NCBI GenBank assembly: GCA_965219415.1
Contig: CBDCNP010000002.1
Location: 4,960,001-5,024,000, forward strand
Origin: Candidatus Marinacidobacterales bacterium
GTDB taxonomy: Bacteria; Acidobacteriota; Vicinamibacteria; Marinacidobacterales; DATDRI01
DNA length: 64,000 bases
Direction: 5' to 3'
Shown here one piece after another: positions 1-9,310 of the stretch. The position numbers and the translations under genes were made by a program. The notes below the pieces were generated by a model that saw only the letters and a program-made list of their open reading frames with translations, made no database searches and was not told where the DNA came from. Position 1 is the first letter of the stretch, and the number at the start of each line of letters is the position of its first letter.

Positions 1-551
1 AACTGCGCCGCGTTCGTCCAGACGATCGCCAGGAGGCCACCCAAGGCGACATAGGAAACGAAAATGACGGTCCCCAATAGCTGCCCCCAGATCACGTCGA
101 TGCCCAACAGTCTTTCGAGAACGAATCCCATGCCCCTAATCTGCGCGATCAGATAAATCACGCTGGTGAGAGCCACGACGCCGGCGCTCCAGGCGCGGAG
201 AAATCGGCTGTCGAAGCGGTCTCCCATGTAGTCGGGGAGCGTGAAGCCTCCCGACTTCCGGAGTTTCTTGGCGAAGAAAAACAAGATGACGGCAAAGCCC
301 AGCGCATACGCGAAAGTGGTGGTGATCGCCACGCCGCCGATGTGGCCAGCGAATGCCAGATGACTCATGATCGCCCCGCCGTGGACCATGGCCGCCACGT
401 TGGCCATGACCATCATCGGTACGCCGAAACGACGGCCGGCAACCCAGAAGTCTTCGGAAGTCTTTTGAAAGCGGAAGGAAACCAGGCCGATGACGACCAT
501 CACCCCCAGATAGACGGCGAAGACAATGGGGCCGATGGTGCCGAGCGGCAT
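1..551 (-). CDS. Sodium:solute symporter (SSS family), N-terminal part; runs off the window
   Basis: Manual translation: MPLGTIGPIVFAVYLGVMVVIG...SEDFWVAGRRFG...YLIAQIRGMG...YVALGGLLAIVWTNAAQ. These are SSF motifs in a hydrophobic sequence. Confidence 0.85.
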   Translation of the reverse strand, partial: MPLGTIGPIVFAVYLGVMVVIGLVSFRFQKTSEDFWVAGRRFGVPMMVMANVAAMVHGGAIMSHLAFAGHIGGVAITTTFAYALGFAVILFFFAKKLRKSGGFTLPDYMGDRFDSRFLRAWSAGVVALTSVIYLIAQIRGMGFVLERLLGIDVIWGQLLGTVIFVSYVALGGLLAIVWTNAAQ

Positions 552-563
552 AGAAGCCAGGGA

Positions 564-1067
564 CTACATCTGGACGTCTTTGGGGTCGACGTTCCAGACC
601 GACAGCTCGAGCGTGATCCCGTTCGGGTCGGTCAACGTAATCGTGTCGAGAATCTCATGGGAAATCGTGGTGTAGGCGACGTTCCGCTCTTTGAGGCGCT
701 TTTCGACCGCGGCGTACTGTTCCCGGGTAACCGTGAGGGCCCCATGGTGGTATCCGCCTTTTCCGACCTTGGCAGGCTCATTGACGTTGTTGAGACGCAG
801 GAAAGCCAGGAGCTCGCCACGACCCATATCGAAGAAGACCTGGGTGGATTGAGGGTCGTTGTCCATCGCTCGCACGCGCAGCATCTTCAAGCGGATCACC
901 TGGGTATAGAACTCGATGGTCTTGTCGATATCCCTGGTGATGAAGGCCAGGTGATTGACTCCATCGGCCTCGCTCTCGAACCCGGTGTAGGTGCTGTCCT
1001 TGTCCTTGATGTAGCGGGCGATGAGGTCTTCCCGCTCCTTCTCTGCTTCCTGCACACTCATTGACAT
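564..1067 (-). CDS. VOC/glyoxalase-like protein
   Basis: GVNHLAF...FYTQV, YHHGAL, DPNGITLEL motifs; AGGGAGG RBS upstream of ATG at 1067. Confidence 0.85.
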   Translation of the reverse strand: MSMSVQEAEKEREDLIARYIKDKDSTYTGFESEADGVNHLAFITRDIDKTIEFYTQVIRLKMLRVRAMDNDPQSTQVFFDMGRGELLAFLRLNNVNEPAKVGKGGYHHGALTVTREQYAAVEKRLKERNVAYTTISHEILDTITLTDPNGITLELSVWNVDPKDVQM

Positions 1068-1135
1068 TCCAAACCTCCCTGTAAACGCGTGGCAAGAAGT
1101 AACACGTTGCTGGCTGGCTCTGCAAGCGCATTTCC

Positions 1136-2335
1136 GGTGCTTCCGCAATTAAGTGTTGGCGGCCAGCCCCTAACCGGTCTGCGTGCTAGAGTTTGAACCA
1201 GAATTCCGAAGACACAGTTCTCTCATCGTCAGGGCCGAGCCAAAGTGAAGAATCGCAGATGTCTCAATCTCGCATGTCCGTTGCGGGGCAAAGTCAGTTC
1301 CGGAAACATCGTTCGCCACGGATTCTACAGAACGAGGTCCGGGAAACGCCGTCGATACCGGTGCGGCGAGTGCGGAAAGACGTTCTCCTCGACGAAAGGC
1401 ACGCCCTACTACCGTCTCCAACATCGAAGAGCTACTTTCGATGGGGTCATCGCTCTCAGAGTCGAGGGTGTCAGCATTTCCTCGATTTCCCGGATCAAAG
1501 GGATTGCCTGGAACACCGTCGCCCGCTGGCTCGAGAAGGCAGCCCAAGTGTGTCGTCGATTCAATCACAGAAGGATCGCTGGCTTCGCTGCCGAAGAGCT
1601 TCAAGCCGACGAGATTCGCACGTTCGCGGGCAACAAGAAGACACCGAGTTGGGTCTTCGTTACAATCGAAGTCTGGTCTCGGCTCTGGCCATCGACGGTG
1701 ACGGGAAGGCGAAGCTACCGGAACACTCACGCTCTGTTTCGCGACCTTTCGAGACGGATGAATTTCGAGCGTCTTCCCTTGATCGTCACGGATGGATTCG
1801 AATTCTACCAGAAGGTCATCCGTCGCTTCTTCGGTCCAGCGTGTCTCTACGGCCAGGTCCTAAAAACGCGCAGGAACGATCGCATCATCAAGGTCGAACG
1901 CAGAGCGCTGCACGGAGCCGCGTGGCGATTCGAAGACGCGCTCAATAACTCCGAGGACTCTTCGACATTGAACACGTCGTTCATCGAGCGGTTGAATCTG
2001 ACCATCCGGCAAAGCTCGGCATACCTTTCGAGACGAACGCTTTCCCACGCTCGCTCGACGGAGAGGCTCGATGAGCACCTGGAGTTGCTCCGTTGCTATT
2101 ACAACTTCGTCCGACCGCACGGAGCTCTGAAGTTCGGACGTGAGATCCGAACTCCGGCTATGCAGGCTGGTCTGACCACGCGACGGCTCACCTTTCGAGA
2201 CATCTTCTTGGCGACGACGATTCCTTTGTGGTCGCGGATCGAGGTTTTCCTGCTCAGTAGGGCGCGCAACCCAGTCTCTTCTGCACCTGTACCACTGCCC
2301 GCAGCTGCGTAGCAACACTTGATGGCGGAAGCACC
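1136..2335 (+). mobile_element. IS1-family element, copy 1 (1200 bp, apparently intact)
   Basis: 23-bp imperfect TIRs GGTGCTTCCGCAATTAAGTGTTG / CAACACTTGATGGCGGAAGCACC; no target duplication. Confidence 0.85.
1245..2312 (+). CDS. IS1-family transposase (Zn ribbon-HTH-DDE in one ORF)
   Basis: CxxxxC...CxxC Zn ribbon, ADEIRTF..NKK, VTDG, IERLNLTIR, YYNFVRPH, TPAM. Confidence 0.85.
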   Translation: MKNRRCLNLACPLRGKVSSGNIVRHGFYRTRSGKRRRYRCGECGKTFSSTKGTPYYRLQHRRATFDGVIALRVEGVSISSISRIKGIAWNTVARWLEKAAQVCRRFNHRRIAGFAAEELQADEIRTFAGNKKTPSWVFVTIEVWSRLWPSTVTGRRSYRNTHALFRDLSRRMNFERLPLIVTDGFEFYQKVIRRFFGPACLYGQVLKTRRNDRIIKVERRALHGAAWRFEDALNNSEDSSTLNTSFIERLNLTIRQSSAYLSRRTLSHARSTERLDEHLELLRCYYNFVRPHGALKFGREIRTPAMQAGLTTRRLTFRDIFLATTIPLWSRIEVFLLSRARNPVSSAPVPLPAAA

Positions 2336-3193
2336 AGGATAAGCGCACAGAAGTCGACTGCTGACGTCATAAACCGGACGCTAAGTCAAATCAAGAAGCT
2401 AGCCAATGACGCGGCCGCAACTGCGCGCGAGGAACTAGACTCTTGGATTGAGAACACGCAGACGTTGAAGTACGAGTTCGATGATAGCCATGGCAAGCGC
2501 GTCACGGATGCATACTTTGCAGGCGGAGAACCATTCAGTAGGCCGAAGCACAGGATGGATTTTCCAGACGCGTTCATCTACGAGTCGGTCAAGGATATTT
2601 CCGCTAAGCGTGGAACACTGCACGTGATTGTGGCTGACGTAAATCTCAAAGACGCCTGCGAACGTTTAGGAAACGTGCGGACGTACAACTCCATCGAAGA
2701 GTTCATACGCTTGCCCGAGTGCCAGAAGTTGCTGAGCAATCTGGATAAAGTCATAAGCATTGATAGAATTAGGGACAGATTGCCGAAAGAATTGGGAGTT
2801 ACCGAGAAGGATCTGGGGAGCCGAGTCATTGACCTTATAGCCGACAGGATAGTCACGGGCTCAAGACTAGACGACGATAATGAAGCGCTGGTCTGTTGGG
2901 TCGAAACGCCGCGCGACACGGAGTTCAAGTTCGATCAGGCGGAGTATTACGGTGAGGGAAAAATTGGCATTCCGTTTACAACCGTCGTGCAGTGCGGGCT
3001 CGACTTTTTTTCCATCTTTGCAGTAGAGATTCGTCCTGCAGTAGAGATCCGTGATGTCGATATTGAGGGCCGATTGATTCTACGGCTACCGACTGACGAA
3101 CTTCGGCGCTACGAGCGAACCGACGAGGATCTGAATGTGCTGATCAACGAGGACGACTACGTCGTAGAAATCGACCGGTCGGTAGCCGGCTGA
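2336..3193 (+). pseudogene. 5'-truncated PIN-like (DUF4935-type) protein
   Basis: Frame is open from the IS boundary; PF...DFPDAFIYES and HVIVADVNL resemble C-terminal PIN motifs; N-terminus replaced by the IS. Confidence 0.55.
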
Positions 3194-3204
3194 TCGGGAC
3201 GCAT

Positions 3205-3289
3205 GCCCCGGCCTCGATTCTGAGCCTCTCGGGTGGCCCCTTTTCCGCCACCGCACGGCCCGGTCAGCGCCCGTTCTCCTATTGGGGGT
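3205..3289 (+). repeat. Arm repeat R1 (partial copy of the tRNA-Ser-proximal arm)
   Basis: GGCCTCGATTCTGAGCCTCTCGGGTGGCC...CACGGCCCGGTCAGCGCCCGTTCTCCTA matches ~34694-34768; cut by the TGT-ended element at 3290. Confidence 0.85.
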
Positions 3290-3333
3290 TGTCCCTTCCA
3301 TAAACTTGAGCTGCGTGAGATTGGCAAACTGCC

Positions 3334-4533
3334 GGTGCTTCCGCAATTAAGTGTTGGCGGCCAGCCCCTAACCGGTCTGCGTGCTAGAGTTTGGACCAGA
3401 ATTCCGAAGACACAGTTCTCTCATCGTCAGGGCCGAGCCAAAGTGAAGAATCGCAGATGTCTCAATCTCGCATGTCCGTTGCGGGGTAAAGTCAGTTCCG
3501 GAAACATCGTTCGCCACGGATTCTACCGAACCAGGTCCGGGAAACGCCGTCGATACCGGTGCGGCGAGTGCGGAAAGACGTTCTCTTCGACGACAGGCAC
3601 GCCCTACTACCGTCTCCAACATCGAAGAGCTACTTTCGATGGGGTCATCGCTCTCAGAGTCGAGGGTGTCAGCATTTCCGCGATTTCCCGGATCAAAGGG
3701 ATTGCCTGGAACACCGTCGCCCGCTGGCTCGAGAAGGCAGCCCAAGTGTGTCGTCGATTCAATCACAGAAGGATCGCTGGCTTCGCTGCCGAAGAGCTTC
3801 AAGCCGACGAGATTCGCACGTTCGCGGGCAACAAGAAGACACCGAGTTGGGTCTTCGTTACAATCGAGGTCTGGTCTCGGCTCTGGCCATCGACGGTGAC
3901 GGGAAGGCGAAGCTACCGGAACACTCACGCTCTGTTTCGCGACCTTTCGAGACGGATGAATTTCGAGCGTCTTCCCTTGATCGTCACGGATGGATTCGAA
4001 TTCTACCAGAAGGTCATCCGTCGCTTCTTCGGTCCAGCGTGTCTCTACGGCCAGGTCCTCAAAACGCGCAGGAACGATCGCATCATCAAGGTCGAACGGA
4101 AAGCGCTGCACGGAGCCGCGTGGCGATTCGAAGACGCGCTCAATAACTCCGAGGACTCCTCGACATTGAACACGTCGTTCATCGAGCGGTTAAATCTGAC
4201 CATCCGGCAAAGCTCGGCATACCTTTCGAGACGAACGCTTTCCCACGCTCGCTCGACGGAGAGGCTCGATGAGCACCTAGAGTTGCTCCGTTGCTATTAC
4301 AACTTCGTCCGACCGCACGGAGCTCTGAAGTTCGGACGTGAGATCCGAACTCCGGCTATGCAGGCTGGTCTGACGACGCGACGGCTCACCTTTCGAGACA
4401 TCTTCTTGGCGACGACGATTCCTTTGTGGTCGCGGATCGAGGTTTTCGTGCTCAGTTGGGCGCGCAACCCGGCCTCTTCCGCACCTGTACCACTGCCCGC
4501 AGCCGCGTAGCAACACTTGATGGCGGAAGCACC
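3334..4533 (+). mobile_element. IS1-family element, copy 2 (1200 bp; transposase 3443-4510)
   Basis: Same TIRs and near-identical transposase as copy 1. Confidence 0.85.
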
Positions 4534-4749
4534 CGTGAGTGTCTCGACCACGTGATCGTCCTTGATGAGCGGCACCTGAGGCGAATCCTACGCAAATACG
4601 TCGACTACTATCATTCGTGCCGGACTCATTTGTCGCTTGAGAAGGACGCGCCTGAGCCTCGCCGGGTAGAGTCACTGGCGATGGGCAAAGTGAGAGCCAT
4701 TCCAAAGATCGGTGGTCTCCATCATTATTACACTCGACGCGCTGCTTGA
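4534..4749 (+). pseudogene. C-terminal fragment of an rve integrase-core transposase
   Basis: RECLDHVIV..E.HL...YYH..R.H.SL.KD.P...GGLHHYY. Confidence 0.8.
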
Positions 4750-5443
4750 GCCGATCCGCTCGGAACGGCTGCCGGACTTCGCACCAGCTTACACCTCTAC
4801 CCCTGAGTAGAGCCGACGCCGGCTCTTAAAACGTCCTACATGAAGACGACCAAAGCATTCCGGTTGCAGGAAGTTCGCCAATCTCATACAGCTCGAGTTT
4901 ATGGAAGGGACAAGTACTCGTAAAGCGTGGTCCGTGCCCATATCCACGGACGGAACTTCAGGATCGGTCTTGCGGTGCGCCGTGTCATGGTTCTGTCCTC
5001 GCTGGTTGTGCCGCCGGAACGCGGAGGCGTGCATAGAATGCCGAGCCACCTGCCGCCACCCTGTAGGCGACGCCGGGCCGAGCGGGAGCGGCTGCAGTAT
5101 ATTGTGCGAATAGACAGATCTGGCCGCTTTCCGGCGCTGCCCGGGCGCATGGAGGCCCATCGAGCGTTCCGGGATTCCGTGTCCCACGTCGTTGGGAATC
5201 GGGAGCACCCAGTGAGGATGGACCTCGGGGTGGCGCGGACGTTCGCCGAGAGCATCGTCGGCGTCGGCGTTCTGGTCGAACTGGACCGGATCTTCTCGCA
5301 TGGGGCCGACGGTTAGGGTCGGCACCCTGGCTCGCGACGCCGGCGCTGCACCACGGGATCGTCGGTCGGGGAACGCGGGCCCACGACATACGGCGCGAGG
5401 GTATGTGCGGGCGCGGAATCGCGCCGAGCGGAGGAGCACACGG

Positions 5444-6420
5444 ATGAAGGAGGGAACAAGGGGAGTCGAGGCCACAACCGGTCTGGTCCAGCTGGGTTGG
5501 CCGGGCGGGGCGCTGACGCTCAGGTATACGGGCATTGCGACCGTCGACAAGGAAGCGCAGGACGAAATCAGAAACGTCATGCAGCAGTTCCAGGGGAACT
5601 GCCAGATGATGCTGGTCTGGTTCGCGGGCGTGGTCGGGAGCCAGGACGCGATACGCCAGCACCTCGACGAAGTATCCCAGCGGAGTGAAACGCTCTCGGT
5701 CAGCAGCTTCCGCCCCGACGGCAGGGACGAGTCGGTATTGGCCCGGTTGCCCGTGGAGAAGGTCATCGAGGCCTTCGCCAACGCGGGTGCGTTCGAGAGG
5801 CTCTACGCGAAGGCCTTCGTGGTCTTTACGTTCCAGATCTGGGAGGAGGTGGCCCGTCCCGGGATCGCCGTCGCCCTGAAGGTGAAGCCTAATCATGTGC
5901 AGGCGGACCTGATAGGCGAGTGGCGTCGGCTGAGGAATTGGCTCGTGCACCGGAACAAGGACGCCGAGGACGAGTTTTTCGGGAACGCCGTGAAGCTGCC
6001 CGGGTTGTTGGAATTGCGACGGGAAGACCCCGGCCTCACGGCCGGCATGGTCTACGTTCTGATGCGAGAGCTGAACCGGATGCAGGTCGACGTGAACCCG
6101 GAGTCGCTGCAGTTCGGGCTGGAGCTCGCGCCGGTGGACGCGGGAATGATCGCTGGCGTCGCGAAGACCCTGGAATCGGGGGCTGGAGCGTTCGTGCCCG
6201 CCGAGGCGGCCATGTACCCGTCGAGGGTGCTCATCGTGTTCAACAGCGAAACCGCCACGATCCACGAGCGCGACTGCGATCGGAAAGACACCGAGTTCCA
6301 AAGCGTCGACGGCGGGCGCTGGGTCGGCGTGAGTTCGTTGGAGGTAGCCCGCGAGGTAATCGAGAACATCTCGGGAAGCAGGAGCGTCTGTGCGAGCACT
6401 GCATGGTACGACAGGGGTGA
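5444..6420 (+). CDS. Putative HEPN-domain protein with C-terminal Zn-binding domain (frameshift near 6363)
   Basis: GAGGAG RBS; helical region with RRLRNWLVH (R-x4-H); IHERDC, and after removing 2 nt at GAGA, HLGKQERLCEHCMVRQG*. Confidence 0.5.
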
Positions 6421-6489
6421 TGTCGCACGATGCGCGGACGCAACCGGAGTTGCGGCTGGGGGCGGCGGAGATTTCATGTTGCTGGTGGG

Positions 6490-7296
6490 CGACACTGAAG
6501 AAAGAGCGCCCACGCCCACCGCTCAACGACACGGAACGGGCTTTCTGGGTTGCCCTTCGAGGTTCGTGGCCCGTGTGGGCGAGCCGCCTGCTCATCGTCC
6601 ACGCGGACACCGTGGCCCGTTGGCATCGCGACCGATTCCGACGGTACTGGGCAAATATCTCGCAGCGCCGCCATCCCGGTCGGCCTCGGATTGATGCCGA
6701 GATTCGTCGCCTCGTCCGCACGATGGCGCAAGACGGCTGGGGGGCGCCACGCATCCATGCTGAGCTCACCAAGCTCGGTTTCATCATCTCCGAGAGCACG
6801 GTGTCGCGATACCTGCCGCGGCGTCCCGCGGAGCCCGACCAGCTGAAACGATGGATGGCTTTCTTGCGCAACCATAAAGACGATATCGCCGCCATGGATC
6901 TGTTCACCGTGCCCACCGCTTCGCTCCGGCTGCTGTACGGCTTCTTCGTCATCGAGCACGGTCGTCGGCACATCGTTCACTTCAACGCCACGTTCCACCC
7001 GACGTCTGCTTGGGTTATTCAGCAACTACGCAAGGCGTTTCCCTACGACACCGCTCCGAGATATCTCATCTTCGACCGCGACTTCATCTTTAGCGCTGCG
7101 GTCATCGAGTTCATCAAGGCAACGGGCACAAAACCCGTTCGCACTTCGTTTTGCAGCCCATGGCAAAACGGAACCGCGGAGCGGTCGGTCGGCAGCTGCC
7201 GTCGCGAGTTCCTTGAGCACGTCGTGGTTCTCGGCGCATGTCATCTCGTCCGGCTCGTGCGAGCTTACATCAGCTACTATCATGAGGACCGTTGCC
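6490..7296 (+). pseudogene. rve integrase-core transposase, truncated at both ends
   Basis: Paralog of 7416-8465; lacks the N-terminus and is cut at 7297 by the TGT end of the next element. Confidence 0.8.
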
Positions 7297-8642
7297 TGTG
7301 CATCATCAATATCCGTCCGCTCCTGAAATCAAGGACTTACGCACCGTTCACGCCTCGGCCAACGAGCGCATCTCCCGCTTGAGATCCCGGTCTTGAGACG
7401 GCAAACTCTGCCGCCATGCTCCGTGTCCTCATCTTCCTCGTCTCACTCGGCGCCCGTGCGATCCGGGCGATGTGTCGGTGCCGAGCCGACCTCGTGATTG
7501 AAAACCTGGCCCTGCGGCAGCAAGTTACGGCGTTGAAGAAGGAGCGCCCCCGGCCACCGCTCGAGGACACGGACCGAGCATTCTGGGTTGCGCTCCGAAG
7601 CTCGTGGCCAGCGTGGGCGAGCCGGCTCGTTATCGTGAACGCCGACACGGTCGCCCGGTGGAATCGAGATCGGTTCCGCCGATACTGGGCTCGGATCTCC
7701 CGTCCGCGCTATCCAGGTCGACCTCGGATTGATGCCGAGATTCGTCGTCTCGTCCGCACGATGGCCCAAGACGGCTGGGGTGCACCTCGTATCCACGCTG
7801 AGCTGACGAAGCTCGGATTCGTTGTCAGCGAGATGACGGTGTCGCGATACATGCCGCACCGCCGAGCCGAACCCGACGAAGTGAAGCGATGGATTGCGTT
7901 CTTGCGGAACCACAAGGACGACATCGCCGCGATGGATCTGTTCGCCGTACCGACGGCGTCGCTACGGCTGCTGTACGGCTTCTTCGTCATCGAGCACGGC
8001 CGTCGCCATATCTTGCACTTCAACGCGACGTACAACCCCACGTCAGCGTGGGTGATTCAACAACTGCGCGAGGCGTTCCCATACGACACGGCACCACGAT
8101 ACTTGGTCTTTGACCGCGACGCGATTTTCAGCCCTGCAGTGGTGGAGTTCATCAGGGCCATGGGCACAAAGCCTGTTCGCATTTCTTATCGCAGCCCTTG
8201 GCAAAACGGTACCGCCGAACGCTGGATCGGAAACTGCCGCCGCGAGAGGTTAGAGCATGTAGTTGTCCTCAGTGAGCGGCATCTCGTCCGGCTCATGCGC
8301 TTGTACATCAGCTACTACCACGAGGACCGTTGCCACTTGGGTCTCGACAAAGACACCCCGAACTCAAGACCCGTCACGCCCCGACCATCACCGACCGCAA
8401 AAGTCGTCGCGTTGCCGCGAGTGGGTGGGCTCCACCACCGCTACGAATGGCGCGACGACGCCTGAGCCAGTTTAGTCGCTGCGCGTCGATTGCTGGGGTC
8501 CCTCGCGATTGCGTTGTCCAGCTCCGCGGCCCATTGATCTCGTGATCTTGGCAAGTGCCCGCGCGCGCCGACCCGGGTTTCTTCGTTCGTCGTAGGGCCA
8601 CCAGCGGTACCATTCCCGCTGGATCAATAATGATGAAGGACA
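7297..8642 (+). mobile_element. Complete rve-integrase IS (IS3/IS481-like) with TGT...ACA ends
   Basis: Left end TGTGCATCATCAATAT, right end reverse complement TGTCCTTCATCATTAT; related left ends at 24122 and 24661. Confidence 0.7.
7416..8465 (+). CDS. Integrase core domain (rve) DDE transposase
   Basis: WGAPRIHAEL (HTH), AMDLF, FDRDAIF, SPWQNGTAER, GGLHHRY. Confidence 0.85.
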   Translation: MLRVLIFLVSLGARAIRAMCRCRADLVIENLALRQQVTALKKERPRPPLEDTDRAFWVALRSSWPAWASRLVIVNADTVARWNRDRFRRYWARISRPRYPGRPRIDAEIRRLVRTMAQDGWGAPRIHAELTKLGFVVSEMTVSRYMPHRRAEPDEVKRWIAFLRNHKDDIAAMDLFAVPTASLRLLYGFFVIEHGRRHILHFNATYNPTSAWVIQQLREAFPYDTAPRYLVFDRDAIFSPAVVEFIRAMGTKPVRISYRSPWQNGTAERWIGNCRRERLEHVVVLSERHLVRLMRLYISYYHEDRCHLGLDKDTPNSRPVTPRPSPTAKVVALPRVGGLHHRYEWRDDA

Positions 8643-8687
8643 GGTGAGTTCGTTCGTATTTTCGGACACGACGGGCTTGACCCCTCT

Positions 8688-9203
8688 TTAGAATGTGGGG
8701 GGGAATGGAAATCTGATCTCAGGGATCCACATTCGGTCCTCAATCGTCATCTCGGTTCGATAATGGGAACCCGCAACGCTCTCGTATTCGATGATGACGA
8801 TGGCATTTTCAGGTAGCGAATTGACGATATGAGGGGATTTGAAGCAGCTAGACGGTCCAATCTCAGGCAGCTGGCACGATGTTTCCCCCTTCCCTTCTTC
8901 CCCTGTGTCCTTAACGTGGTATCGGCAGTTCACGGCTGGCCCAGTGCCAACGTTCGCAAAGTTCAGGTAGTTCATGGAGTCTTGATCGTTGGTGAGAGAA
9001 CCAGTTGTTCCTTTAAGCACCGCCATATCTGAAGGGTCGGCAGATCGTTTCAGGACAACGCAGGGTCGTGGTAATTGCTCGACGGCTGCGCCTGCCAGTG
9101 TTTTAGTGTCTCGCGCATACTTCCTCAAAACAGCGAGTGTACAAGAAAGCACCAACAAAGTCAGGAGGCCGACCACCAAGTTTAAACATTCGTACGTTGT
9201 CAT
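8688..9203 (-). CDS. Hypothetical protein with N-terminal TM helix
   Basis: LNLVVGLLTLLVLSCTLAVL followed by a soluble beta-rich domain (NVGTGPAVN); ORF extends to 9233. Confidence 0.55.
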   Translation of the reverse strand: MTTYECLNLVVGLLTLLVLSCTLAVLRKYARDTKTLAGAAVEQLPRPCVVLKRSADPSDMAVLKGTTGSLTNDQDSMNYLNFANVGTGPAVNCRYHVKDTGEEGKGETSCQLPEIGPSSCFKSPHIVNSLPENAIVIIEYESVAGSHYRTEMTIEDRMWIPEIRFPFPPTF

Positions 9204-9310
9204 TCCCCTTATCCCCTTATTGCCCATTTCCAAGTTGATCGGCCGTTAGTCTCAACTTGGCAATGCCGACACCACTGTTGACTCCCATGAAGTCCATCTC
9301 TTTGGGTAGG

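Larger units (their letters stand above)
3290..4912 (+). mobile_element. Deleted rve-integrase (IS3/IS481-like) element with ~41-bp TIRs, invaded by IS1 copy 2
   Basis: TGTCCCTTCCATAAACTTGAGCTGCGTGAGATTGGCAAACT at 3290, with its near-perfect inverse ending at 4912. Confidence 0.75.

Noticed and set aside
3233-3442. 70-aa N-terminal extension on the IS1 copy 2 transposase
   Set aside because: Chance open frame across the arm repeat and IS ends; other copies start at the equivalent GTG (3443).
1136-4533. Composite transposon of IS1 copies 1 and 2 carrying the PIN gene
   Set aside because: No outer target duplication, the cargo is truncated, and copy 2 lies inside another element.
4789-6973. 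Long minus-strand ORFs (330 aa and 662 aa)
   Set aside because: Antisense shadows of the HEPN-like gene and rve transposase in GC-rich DNA; no motifs.
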